From positions 34,224,001 through 34,288,000 of the forward strand of contig NC_135893.1 in the NCBI RefSeq assembly GCF_964194155.1: a stretch of DNA of 64,000 nt, written 5' to 3'. The DNA comes from Cetorhinus maximus. Its lineage: Eukaryota. This document shows positions 13,026 to 25,390 of the stretch, in pieces (the stretch's first letter is position 1; each line of letters opens with the position of its first letter). A model generated the notes under the pieces. The model searched no databases. It was given only the letters and a program-made list of their open reading frames with translations, and was not told where the DNA came from. The translations under genes were made by a program, and so were the position numbers.

Positions 13026-14827
13026 TTAAAGTTTGGGCAAATCTGTGTCTTAAGCTGTGTTCGATCCATCTTCCAAAGCATCTTCAGTGTAACCCCTTAT
13101 CTTCACATGTCACAGCACCTATATTCAGGGCCAATGTTGAACTGCTAGATTTTCTGTGACCATGTTGGCCTTTATGAAACTGTTCTTGGTGGCTCTTGTT
13201 CAATTTTTAGTTGTGAAGATTAATGTAAGTGCAAGGGTTAACACGCAGTCAATCTGTACAGATTGGAAATACTGAATTGTCTCTGATTTTTCAGATCGGT
13301 CAGAGATGTGTGATTCTGCAGAGGAAAGCAGAACAAGCGGACATGAGCGTTAGTTATTTTGTGTTTTCTCACAAATCCATTCCTGAATTGATATATGACC
13401 AAAGGGCCTTAAAATACAGAAAGGGTTTCAGAATTTACTTTGCTACATTGACTGAGTTATGGGTATTGCCGAATTCCTTTTCTCCCTTGTTCAGGATTCC
13501 TCAGACCAAGGATCAAGTGAGACACTGTCGTTATTTTCCAAATTAAAAGAATTTAATTTGACATGACAGTTTTGCCAGAGAGTAAGTAGCTTCTCATATA
13601 TCATTTTCCAGTGAGTACTCAAGTCAAAGGATAGACCATGCCCCTTGTTCTTGGGAGAAAAAGAAGGTCCCTCTCCTACCCAATCGTGTCCCGATGTCAC
13701 AGATGGTTCCCCCGAGGACTCTTGTACAATGGGCTGTCTTATATGTTTTTCCTTCAAAACCTGCTGTCGGCCATTGCACCACACAAGGTTGATTTTGAAC
13801 CTCTAACGTTAAAGAACTCATTATCAATTTTCAGGCCTTGCTTCTCATCTCTGCAGCTGTCAGCATTGTTCCTTTTTATCAGTTACTCAGGTCTTGTAGT
13901 TTACTATGGTCAGCCTGATTGACACAGTCTCCTTTACTGACTCGACAAGACAGTATGTGGCCGGTATTGTAGCAAGCAGAAAATCCTATCATCCCTTTTC
14001 AGATACGTCAATGACTTAATTTCCCAGCATTTTGATTCGGTTCAACTTGACTGGGCTGTGTCCCTTTATCAAATAATGGAGGATTTCAATTCCATTCTTT
14101 TAGACATCTTGACAAACAAGCATTAAAACTCCTGACTGAAAAGTTCAAATTTCTTCAGTGCGAACAGGACATTAGTTCACGTGAAGCCATTTCAGCACAG
14201 CAAGGCACTCAAACCAATGAAACACAAATTTAAGACTGATTTTTGGGGGTTCCTTCACACAAAGCGGTTTCGGCGTAGGGTTAGCAGAGGCAAATCACTT
14301 GGAACTATTTGAAAAGAATACCTGAATCCCGTGATACAGAGGGACTGGCAATGGCGCAAACAGCCTTAATCAAACGTCTTTATTTTGTGAGGGGGCAATT
14401 AAAAAATAAGAAGAATTCGAATGGTGTAAGAGCAAATTTGTTACTTCCACAATGTTGGCAGCTGGGTGACAAACAAGCATTCTCGTTCCCCTTATGGCTA
14501 ATTCCTACCATGACCTTCGTGAGAAAACACTGAACAACTGTACTTCAATCCCTATTTGTATAAGACTGTCACGTTATCTCTACTGCCTTTCTTGTTGCTA
14601 TTTTGATAAATGTCATTTTAAGTTGCTGACATTTGTCTATTGATCTTTGTAACAGTGAGAAGTAAACTAAGGAGCCTTTCCTTTGTTGATATGTTTTATC
14701 CGTCAGCATTGTTTTCCAATATGTTAGCTTTGGCTTCAATCAGAAGGACACAAAATGCACCCACAGCAATCGAACACCCATTGCTTAGTGCAGAGATTCT
14801 ACAGGCAAAGTACTGTAATCCTATTGA

Positions 14828-15456
14828 TAGGAATTTAGGAGCAAGAGTAGACCATTCAGCCCCTCGAGCCTGCTCCGCTATTCATTTAGATCATGGCTGA
14901 TTATCTACCTCAACACCACTTTCCCATGCTATCCCATATCCCTTAATGTCATTAGTATCCAGAAATCTATCGCTATCTATCTTGAACATGCTCAATGACT
15001 GAGCTTCCACAGCCCTCTGAGGTAGAGGATTCCAAAGACTCACCACCCTCTGAGTGAAGAAATTCCTCCCCATCTCAGTCTTAAATGGCCTGCCCCTTAT
15101 TGTGAGACTGCGCTCTCTGGTTCTATACTCACCAACCAGGGAAAACATCCTATCCACATCTACCCTGTCACGTCCTATAAGAATTTTGTAAGTTTCAATG
15201 AGATCACCTCTCATTCTTCGAAACTCTAGAGAATACAGGCCCAGTTCCCCCAATCTCTCCTCATAAATGGTGTTGAGGTAGATAATCAGCCATGATCTAA
15301 ATGAATAACTGAGCAGGCTGAAGGGGCCGAATGGTCTACTCTTGTTCCTATGTTCCTATCAATAGGATTACAGTACTTCCAGCCCAGAAATTAGTTTGGT
15401 GAGCATCTGTTGCACTCCCTCTATGGCAAGTATATCCTCCTTAGATAAGGAGACCA
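14828..15456 (-). mobile_element. CR1 LINE 3' fragment with an internal inverted duplication
   Basis: ORF 14891-15253: LGLYSLEFRRMRGDLIETYKIL...WNPLPQRAVEA. Confidence 0.92.
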
Positions 15457-16622
15457 TAGCTTGTAAATTGGTATCGAAAGTCCCTGGGTCAATTTTTCTT
15501 CTGTTATGAGTTTGCTGATCTCAGGCAATGTGGCAGCTGGGGGTCCATCACTGGGCTGGGCTGGGTTCCCCCTCAGTATTCCTCTGCAGTGCTAGGGTGT
15601 CAGCACTGGGTGCGGACAAGCTTCAGGCATGTGGTGAGACTGATGCTGAAGAGGGGAATGATGTAGGCAGAGGGTGGGGCAAGTTTGAGTAGAGGGCAGG
15701 GGGTGAGGGGGAGTTAGAGGGGCAAAAGCAACTGTATGGATGCATCCATACTCATCCACTGAGTCTAGAATCACACAGTAAAGAAGCGCCTTTAGGTGCT
15801 GAATCAGGATGGAAGCATGGTGTGGCAGGAGTCAATCTCCAACAGAGAAAGAAGGCGCAGAATCAGTTAAAAAAAAGTGTGGAGTTGTTAGGGCACCTGA
15901 GTAAACTGTGGCCTTACATATATTCTAACTACATAATCATGTCAGTCCACCTCAATCCTAAATTCATTGTGCCAATATATTCCTGCCCTGTATATCTCCA
16001 GTCTTGGGGCCACTCTGATTTAAACATATTGATGATTCACTCATGTCCCCCATCCCTCCTTCTGCCCCTGGAATAAATAATACCTCCCCCCACCCCGCAA
16101 GTGCTCTTCTCAATTCCAGTCTTCACCTCCTGTCACCAACTAACAACGATGGTGATCTCCATCTGTCTGCCTCACACTTCCTCTTCCTCACCTTTTAAAG
16201 ACTTCATCCGAGCCACAATCAGGATTTATCCCCAACTCTCACCACTCCCTTTATTACCATAGCGATCTTGGGGGTCTTAAATTCAAACTTGAATCAATTG
16301 GTACGCCCTGACCACATCAAGCAGAACATGAGAGCAGGAACAACTCTGACTCCTCCTGTCCATCCCACACTGTCCCCTCTGCACCCACATCCACAACATT
16401 AATAAGAAATATAAGGAGATCATGAAGTCCTTCATGTGCAAAATCCAAGCCGTTTGTACAGCTGCTTCTGCTTCCCCTGGCTTCTCCTCTATCTTTAACA
16501 ACCCTCATCTCCTGCCACCTATCTGACCAAGCCTCCACCCCAGTTCCTTTCCCATCTCATCATTAACCCTCATCAAACTCATCACCACCTTCGTCCCATT
16601 GTCCTGATGCTTTGATCCCTTG

Positions 16623-16880
16623 TGTTAAGGTTCTGAGTACCTGTGGTAAAGCGGAGAGCTATGTACCTTTAAGAAAATGTAGCTAGTTGACCATGTGACT
16701 GTATTGACCAATTGCTGCACAGCGCAGACTTCTTGGGTAACTGTAATTCTAGAACTGGAGGTGAGTGAAGAAGCACACATGGTGTTAGTGCTCTCTTCTT
16801 AGTTCCAAAGAACAACCAGTGTCTGTTCAGTTAATCGGTCTCTCTGCCTATATTGTTTCAAGCACCAACTAATGTTTTAA
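16623..16880 (+). mobile_element. Possible short solo Gypsy LTR
   Basis: Starts TGTTA. Motifs ctttaaga...ccatgtgactgt..accaa...gcacagcgc resemble the 232-bp LTRs at 29498 and 33922. Confidence 0.4.
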
Positions 16881-17949
16881 TATCAAGGGTGCAGTTTGTG
16901 CTCGCTGGACAAAGTGAACCTGATAACCAAAAACGTAAAAGTACCCAACTTTTTCTTTATCGCCTTATGCTCATCAGCATTTTCAATCTGCCCCTGTTGG
17001 CCTGCACTGTTCACAGTATTTTTTTCAAAACTGTTCTCTTAAATTTCCCCTCAAATTACATCATCCTCAGCCGCTATAATCTCTCCAAATGCTGTCTTAC
17101 CTTCAACGTCTCCATCCGCTGCAATGTCCTGACTCCTATTTCTGGGGCTCAGATTTACACCCATCTCTATTGTCACTCTTTTCTTAATTCAGCTTCTGCT
17201 CCAACTACAGAACTAAGACTCTCCCCAGGTTTGTTGGATCTTGAAGATGTGAAACTATGTTCATCCTTCAAGGTAAAGATGACTATGTTGACAACCTGGG
17301 GTGTTTGGTAGGGTTCCAGTGGGTACATAGGCAACTGCTAAGGCCGATCTGCGCCTGCAAGATTCAGCTGTAAATAGGACAGAATGCTGCAAATGATTGA
17401 GTTTGGATGAGGATATGAGAGGTACTTTATAAATACAAGGTGTTTGACTTGGTAGCGCTCATTGTTTGGGAGCTACAGGTGCAAGTTGGGGACCAAAATG
17501 GCATCGATGTGAGCATGTACACTTCTGCCATGAATCACGCCGAACGCCTATCTTGCTACCCCACTGGGGAGAACGTGAATGCGTGCATAGCTAATGTCCA
17601 CTGGGAGTATGCAGAGAAGACAGATCATAGCATCAAACAGCATGCAATGCTGATTTGGCTCTAGCGCTGTCATTTAGTAGCTGAATGCTCCAGGCAGCAT
17701 CTTCTGTTAGCTTCAACTAACTCGCAACTCACAAAAACATTAAGCAGCAGGAAGACCCCATCTACCCAACCACCAACAGTGCTATTTAAAAGGATCATCA
17801 ACTCCTTGCGGGTCAATTGCTGATGGATTTTCTGCCGGTTGTTGCTACAATTCTAGACATTTTTTGTACTTTCCATAGTTGTTTCAAAGTGAAAAATTCT
17901 GCAGGGAGCATCATGACAGTTGCTGAAGGACATTTTACTGATTTTAAGG

Positions 17950-18900
17950 CTTCTGAACAAACCAGACATGAATGTGCTAGTAGGCATTTCCCTTGCAATA
18001 GAGCATGACTTGGAACATGAGCCGAGGCCACACAGTGTAGGACAAGCTTTTGGAAGACGGAGTAGGGGAGGGCAGGAAGGGGCCTCCGCAGGAGACCATA
18101 TGCCCCCAGAGCAATTGTTCGGGGAGCAATTCTCCTACCTGAACCTCATCAAGGAACAACATGTCTGCACTTCACTCAGGTTATCCTCATACTGAACTCT
18201 GCTACCTGCTGTAGCCACAACTGCAACTTCAGAACATGGAAATAACTGCATCGCCAGAACTGTGAAGATAACCTTAATAATTAACTTTCATGTGTCTGCC
18301 TCCTTCCAGAGAGATGAAGGTATTTGCAACATCCCACAGTTCATTATCCACCATCGTGTAAGGCTGAGGCTCTCAATTCAATGACAGCCAACTGCATTTC
18401 ATTCTCCCTTGCCAGAAACCAAGTGGTAGAGTAAGCTTATGGCGTTGCTAGGATTGCAGGCTTCCCCATTGTGCAGGATGCCATTGGCTGCACGGACATC
18501 ACTTTACAGGTACAGCATGGCAACTCTACCCTGTATCAGTACTGAGGGGGATTCCACTCCTTCAACATCCAGCAAGTGTGTGACCATGGGCATCAAATGA
18601 TGTTGGTCAATGTTCTCTATACTGGCAATGTGATTTATGACTGAGATGCACAACACATACACACACACAGACGTGCGTAGCATGCATACAATGAAAGACA
18701 TAATGCTACATGGAGTGTGATAGAACAGACCATTGGTGAGCTGAAACAATGCTTCCACTGCCTATACTGCACTGAAAGAGGCCTGCAGTACTCAGAAGAG
18801 CAGGTGTCAAGATTCATGGTGGTCTGCTACATGTGGCAGAACCTCACCATCATGAGGGCACAGCCTATGCCACCGCTATACTGTGAGCCACTGAGGAGCA
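17950..18900 (+). pseudogene. Heavily degraded Harbinger (HARBI1-like) transposase of a second element that ends near 19342
   Basis: Fragments across frames: FGEQFSYLNL, IAGFPIVQDAIGCTD, GFHSFNIQQVCDH, VIEQTIGELKQCFHCL...GLQYS...VVCYMWQNL. Confidence 0.8.
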
Positions 18901-19667
18901 AGAGCAGGAGGTGGAGCAGGAAGAGTGTGCCTTGAGAGTCTCCTGCCCCCTGCAGGTCCAGGGCACCTCTCCTCCTTTCCATTTCCTCCACGTAGGCCTC
19001 CCGGTGCAGTGCCGGAAAACCTTGCAGCTCATTGTATCCCAGGCCTCTCCTCACCCTTTCACAGAAGATTCACTTCCCGCATAACTTCCTGCCCCAGCGA
19101 CGGTCCACCTCTCCTTTACGAGGTGCAGGCCAGCTTTAGGTAGTGGTGGAAAATTACAGTTTTGGGCCTCTGGCTAATGCATATGCAGCCAATGAAGCGT
19201 GCTGTTAGTGCTGGATGCAGCAATCATGATAACGTGCAGGCGGCACCAGGTTGGTGTGCTGCCTGCATTCTAATTGACAGGCCCCAGTTTATCATGCATC
19301 ACTATCCCTGCCCTGGTTTTCGGGTGTTATCTAACTTAGCCCTCAGGCTTTTTTTTGCTGAAGTGCTTCGTGACACAGAAGTGAAGTTTAATATATAAGG
19401 GAAGAGAGAACAACTTCACACTGATGCTAAGACCATTGAAATGCTTTCTATCTGTAATGGGCATCAACACTTGCTAATAGCCGAGTGTGTAGAGACATGC
19501 CTGAGGCTTTTGCCTTAGGCATCAATGTCTGCAATGACACTATGAGCAGAATTTTACCCTTGGCATGCGGGCTTGGTGGGGGCAAAGGAGGTAGCTGGCG
19601 GTGAGCCGACTGCCACCGCAACTTTACGCGGACGGGCTAATTTAGGCAGGGATGGGGGCGGGGCTTA

Positions 19668-21642
19668 ATGTCCGCTGGGTCCAATGGCGGCCCGGCAGCC
19701 GATTCAAATAAGGCCTCAGCAGCCCCTGGAAGGCTCCCACTAAAGGATGTGAAAGTCATGTGCACGGATGCCCCAGCGGGTGGACACGGCCGGCGGGAGG
19801 GCAGGTCGGCAGGGCAGTTGGCCCCACGTTTCTCCGATGAGTGCCTCCCTGCCCTCCTGGAGGGGGTGGCAGTGCAGAGAGAAACCCTTGTCCCCGGGGA
19901 TGGGAGGAGGAGGCCCCCTCCCCACCTCACCAAAAAGGCCTGGGAGGAGGTGGTATCCAGGGTCAGCAGCCACGACGTGCTGAGGCGCACATGGGTGCAG
20001 TGCCAGAAGCGCTTCAGCTATCTCCTGCGACCGGGAAGGGTGAGAACCGTGTTGGCATGGGTCACTTAGCAGAACAAGTAAGAGCTGTCCATCCCCCTGT
20101 GGGCCTCAGAGGTGTTAGCGTGTGAGTGGCAAATGTCAATGAGGCAGGAGCTGGCCAAGGGGGTGAGCCCTGGCTGCTCGGACTGAGTGTCTTGCGGCTC
20201 CAGGGTCACGAATCGGCTGAGCCCTGCGAGGTTTTCCTCAGGCGGGGTTGGCCAGGCTGCAATGGCGCTGCAGGTACAGGGTGGACTAATCAATGCTCCT
20301 CTGACCTTTCAGGAGAAAACATCCCATAACAATGCAGAGAGGTCCCGGACTGGCGGGGACCCCCACACCTACTAATCCTCACTCATTATGAATCCTGAAA
20401 CTGGAGAGGCGCCATGCACTTCAGTCAAGCAGCCACGGTGAGGTTGGGGAGCCAGAGGGAGGTAAGAGTGCAGTGCACTGAGGTCAGAATGTCAGGAATT
20501 GCAACCATTCCACTGTTGTCTGTATATTGATGTGAGCCTCGAACCTGGAATCCCCATTGATAATGGAAAGACCAAGTCACCATGATGCAGATCTCTGTCT
20601 CAGGAGGCTGCCAGGCATGCACACTGACAGTCTAATAACTTAAACTAATGACATTTCCTTCTCCATTTTAGGCTCACCAGCAGCCCCTCGTTGTGAGGAG
20701 CCTGAAGGCCCACCCCTGACCCCTGAGGACCACACTGATCAGAACTCACCAGCGTCACACCCGCTCTCTCAAGCAGGCACCAGAGCAGATACCAGTGCCT
20801 TGCTGGGCATTAGATTGGCATCTAGTATCTCTGTGCAAATTGGGGACGGCACTTCACACTCACTTGAGGTGCAGGCGGAGGTAGAGAGTGCCCAGGGCGC
20901 TGGCGGTCCAAGGACTGCTGGGGACCAGGAACATGCTCAGTTGGTGGCTGATGATGAGCCTCTGGAGTCGTCCCTGAGGCAGCAGATGCTGGAAGTCCAG
21001 CAGGGTGTGCGGGAGGATCTGGCGGAGATACATGAGGGAATGTGTGCCATGGTGTCCATTGCAGAGGAGTCCCTGTGGAGCATAAGCACTGCGTTGACCC
21101 TCATGGCCAAGCGCACTGCCTTCTCCATGGAGAGAGTGGCGACTCTCATGGAGAGGCTCCTCCAGGGACTCAATCAGGGGTTCCTGGGGATGCGCTCGGA
21201 CCTGCAAGCCCTCACACCAGCAATGATCTCAGCTGGTCAGTGTCAGTGTGGGAGATGGATTGGGCACCCGGTATACCAGATAGGTGCCTGTCCATCAATG
21301 GTGAGCAGGGAGGCCCAGAGCGACCTGATGCTGGCACAAGAGGTGCCTGTCATCTCTGCGGGCTCCTCTCAGGGCGCTCCGGCTGGGGGAAGCAGCTCCT
21401 CAGCCCCCCTGCCAGTGACCGTGGCATCTGATGAGGCTGCGGCGACTGGGGAGATGCCAGCCGTGCCACTGGCCGCTCTCTCCCAGGTGGGGCCAGCACA
21501 GGCTCCATGGGCCAGAGGACGACCGCCAAGGTCATCAAGGCCAACAGGACAGCAGAATGAGCAGAACGTCTCCAATGCCGGTGCCAGTGAGGGGGGAGCA
21601 CCTAGACGTAGCACCCACAAGCCAAAACTTAAAGCACCTTAA
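19668..21642 (+). pseudogene. Harbinger Myb/SANT-like DNA-binding protein gene, 3 exons (..20039, 20313-20461, 20672-21642)
   Basis: Exon 1 has APRFSDECL..LLEGV...KKAWEEVVSRVSS...RTWVQCQKRF. Canonical GT/AG sites at 20040/20312 and 20462/20671. Exon 2 has EK..HN.AER.RTGG with a frameshift. Exon 3 is in frame with ORF 20800-21642. Start codon uncertain. Confidence 0.85.
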
Positions 21643-22276
21643 GCACAACACGGGTTTACCACAGGTGATATTTGTTTGCCCCTTTTCTCTGTTTTTTTTT
21701 AATGGTGTGATGTGAAACACCGGTGAATGTTATTTTCTGCTATGTTTGTCACTCAGAAGTAAATGAGATGTTATTTTTTTGTAACTGGCCTCTGGATGCT
21801 TCATTTGTTCTGTAGGTGCAGGCTAAGCCATGACATTCTGATGGATGTGTGACTCCTTAAACTTTATTCATAGTGTATGTTGTTGACCAAGGAACTGGTC
21901 CTGTCAGGTATCGAGTATGGAGCCTGCAGCCCTGGAATGTGGCGGTGGTTCTTATTTGGTAGTCTAGCTGAAGGAGCGTTGGATCAAAGCATCCCGGGTG
22001 TCCCTGCCTCCCTGGAGGTTGCCCAGGTCAGCGTCTATGCCCTCAGCATCTCCTGAGCATGCTCGACCTTGGACTCACTACTGGACTCATCGTCTGTTGC
22101 CTGTGCAGCAGCGTCAAGATTTTCTTCTCCACTGGGTCCCCCCTTTCCAATGCCAGATTGTGGAGAGCGCAGCATTCAACCGCTTTCTGTGACACTCACC
22201 CGGGGGGTATTGGAGTGCGCCCCCTAAATGGTCCGGGCATCGGAAGTGCATCTTGAGAAGACCTATGGTTCTCTCT

Positions 22277-25200
22277 TTTTTTTTATTATTCATTCAGCAT
22301 TTATTGCCCATCCCTAGTTGCCCTTGAGAAGGTGGTGGTGAGCTGCCTTCTTGAACCGCTGCAGTCCACGTGGTGTAGGTACACCCACAATGCTGTTAGG
22401 AAGGGAGTTCCAGGATTTTGACCCAGCGACAGTGAAGGAACGGTGATAAATTTCCAAGTCAGTGCGTGGCTTGGAGGGGAACCTCCAGGTGGTGGAGTTC
22501 CCATGCATCTGCTGCTCTTGTCCTTCTAGGTGGTAGTGGTTGTGGGTTTGGAAGGTGCTGTCTAAGAAGTCTTGGTGAATTCCTGCAGTGCATCTTGAAG
22601 ACTGCTGCTACTGTGCGTCAGTGATGGAGGGAGTGAATGTTTGTGGATGTGATGCCAGTCAAGCAAATTGCTTTGTCCTGGACGGTGTCAAGGTTCTTGA
22701 GTGTTGCGGGAGCTGCACTCACCCAGGCAAGTGGGCAGTATTCCATCACACTCCTGACTTGTGCCTTGTAGATGGGGGACAGACTCTGGGAAGTCAGGAG
22801 ATGAGTTACTCATCGCATGGTTCCTAGCCTCTGACCTGCTCTTGTAGCCACAGTATTTATGTGAGGAGATGGTTAGATCTCCAAGGGGAGATGGTTAGAT
22901 TCCCTGTTGTTGGAGATGGTCACAGCCTGGCATTGTGTGGCACATATGTTACTTGCCATTATCAGCTCAAACCTGAATGTTGTCTTTATATGGCCAGTCC
23001 AGCTCCATTTCTGGTCAATGGTAACCCCCAGGATATTGATAGTGAGGGATTCAGTGATGGTCATGCCATTGATCATCAAGGGGCCATGGTTGGATTCTCT
23101 CTTGGCTGGAGATGGTCATTGCCTGACACTTGTGTGGCATGAATGTTACTTGCCTCTTGTCAGCCCAAGCCTGGATATTGTCCAGGTCTTGCTGCATTTG
23201 GACATGGACTGCTTCAGTATCTGAGGAATCGTGAATGGTGCTGAACATTGCCAGCCAGGCAGAGCAAGCCAGAGGCTTCACAGTGATTGTTGGATTCCCC
23301 GTGTCCAGGCTGCCATCGACTACACACATGTGGCCATCAAGGCGCCAGCGGGTCAGCCAGGTGCCTTCGTCAACAGGAAGGGCTTCCACTCCATGAACAT
23401 GCAGATAGTGTGTGATCACAGGGTGCAGATTCTGCCAGTCTGTGCAAGGTACCCAGGCAGCTCCCCTGACACTTACATCCTGAGACACTCCCAGGTGTCG
23501 AAGCTCTTCAGTGCTCCAGCCCGACTGGATGGATGGCTGCTGGGTAACAAGGATTATCTGCTCATGACGCCTCTCTGCCACCCAAGAACAGAGGCTGAGC
23601 AGCGGTACAACAGGAGCCACCCCTCCACAGGGGCTGTGGTAGAGGGGAGGTGATGGTGTAGTGGTATTGTCACTGGGCTAGTAATCTAGAGACCCAGGGT
23701 AATGCTCTAGGAACCTGGGTTCGAATCCTGCCAGGGCAGATGGTGGAATTTGAATTCAATAGTTGCAAAAATCCATCTGGTTTACTAATGTCCTTCACGG
23801 GGGAAAAAAAAAATCCACCTGGCACTTCTAGCTGAAGATTGTTGCGAATGCTTCAGCCTTATCTTTTGCACTGCTGTGCTGGGCATATTTGTGGAGCCTC
23901 CTCCTCCAGTGAGTTGTTTACTTGCCCACCACTATTCACAACTGGATGTGGCAGGACTGCAGAGCTTTGACCTGATCCATTGGTTGTGGGATTGCTTAAC
24001 TCTGTCTATCACTTGCTGCTTATGTTGTTTGTCACACAAGTAGTCCTGTGTTATAGCTTCACCAGGTTGACAGCTCATTTTTAGGTATGCCTGGTGCTGC
24101 TCCTGGAATGCCCTCCTGCACACTTCATTGAACCAGGGTTGATCTCCTGGCTTGATGGTTATGGTAGAGTGGGGGATATGCCGGGACATGAGGTTACAGG
24201 TTGTGTTCAAGTGCAATCCTGCTGCTGCTGATGGCCCACAATGCCTCATGGTTGCCCAGTCTTGAGTTGCTAGATCTGTTCAAAATCTATCCGATTTCGC
24301 ACAGTGGTAGTGCCACACAACACGATGGAGGGTATCCTCAATGTGAAGGCAGGACTTCGTCTCCAAAAGGACTGTGACCGATACCATCATGGACAGATGC
24401 ATCTTCGGCAGGCAGGTTGGTGAGGATGAGGTCAAGTATGTTTTTCCCTCTTGTTGGTTCCCTCACCACCTTCCGTAGACCCAGTCTAGCAGCTATATCA
24501 TTTAGGACTCAGCCAGCTTGGTGTTACCGAGCCATTCTTGGTGATGGACATTGAAGTCCCCCACCCAGAGTACATTCTGCACCTTTGCCATCCTGAGTGC
24601 TTCCTTCAAGCGATGTTCAACATGGTGGAGCATTGATTCATCAGCTGAGAGAGGGCAGTACATGGTAATCAGCAGGAGGTTTCCTTGCCCATGTTTGACC
24701 TGATGCCATGAGACTTCATGGGGTCCGGAGTCGATGTTGAGGACTCCCAGGGCAACTCCCTCCCGACTGTATACCACTGTGCTGCCACCTCTGCTGGGTC
24801 TGTCCTGCCAGTGGGACTGGACGTACCCATGGACGGCGATGGTGGTGTCTGGGACATTATCTGTAAGGTATGATTCCGTGAGGATGACTATATCAGGCTG
24901 TTGCTTGGCTGGTCTGTGAGGCAGCTCTCCCAATTTTGGCACTAGCCCCAGATGTTAATAAGGAGGACTTTGCAGGTTGACAGGGCTGAGATTGCCGTTG
25001 TCGTTTCCGGTGCCTAGGTCAATGCCAGGTGGTCCGACCAGTTTCATTCCTTTTTTGTGACTTTGGTTGCAGTTTGACACAGCTGAGTGGCTTGCTAGGC
25101 CATTTCAGAGGACATTTCAGAGTCAAGGGTTTAAGGGTCTGGAGTCACATGTAGGCCAGGCCAGGTAAAGATGACAGATTTCCTTCCCTACAGGGAATTA

Positions 25201-25390
25201 GTGAACCAGATGGGTTTTTACAACTATCGACAATGGTTTCATGGTCATCATTAGACTTTTAATTCCAGATTTTTATTGAATTCAAATTCCCCCATCTGCC
25301 CTGGCAGGATTCAAACCCAGGTCCCCAGAGCATTACCCTGGGTCTCTGGATTACTAGTCCAGTGACAATACCACTACACCATCACCTCCC
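22277..25390 (-). mobile_element. CR1/L2-group LINE with a tRNA-like 5' head, APE endonuclease and RT; centre rearranged
   Basis: Endonuclease ORF 24502-24942 (PDIVILTES, GDFNVH), RT C-terminus at 22600-23250, A-rich tail at 22277-22295. TSD AGAG (CTCT at 22273-22276 and 25391-25394). Confidence 0.9.
23250..23805 (+). repeat. Inverted duplicate of about 25180-25786 (transposase core plus LINE 5' head)
   Basis: ORFs 23231-23653(+) and 25382-25924(-) are near identical and both run into the same LINE head at VVEGR*. Confidence 0.9.

Noticed and set aside
23650-23745. tRNA gene
   Set aside because: Only A/B-box-like motifs of a SINE/LINE head. No complete cloverleaf, and it continues into repeat body.
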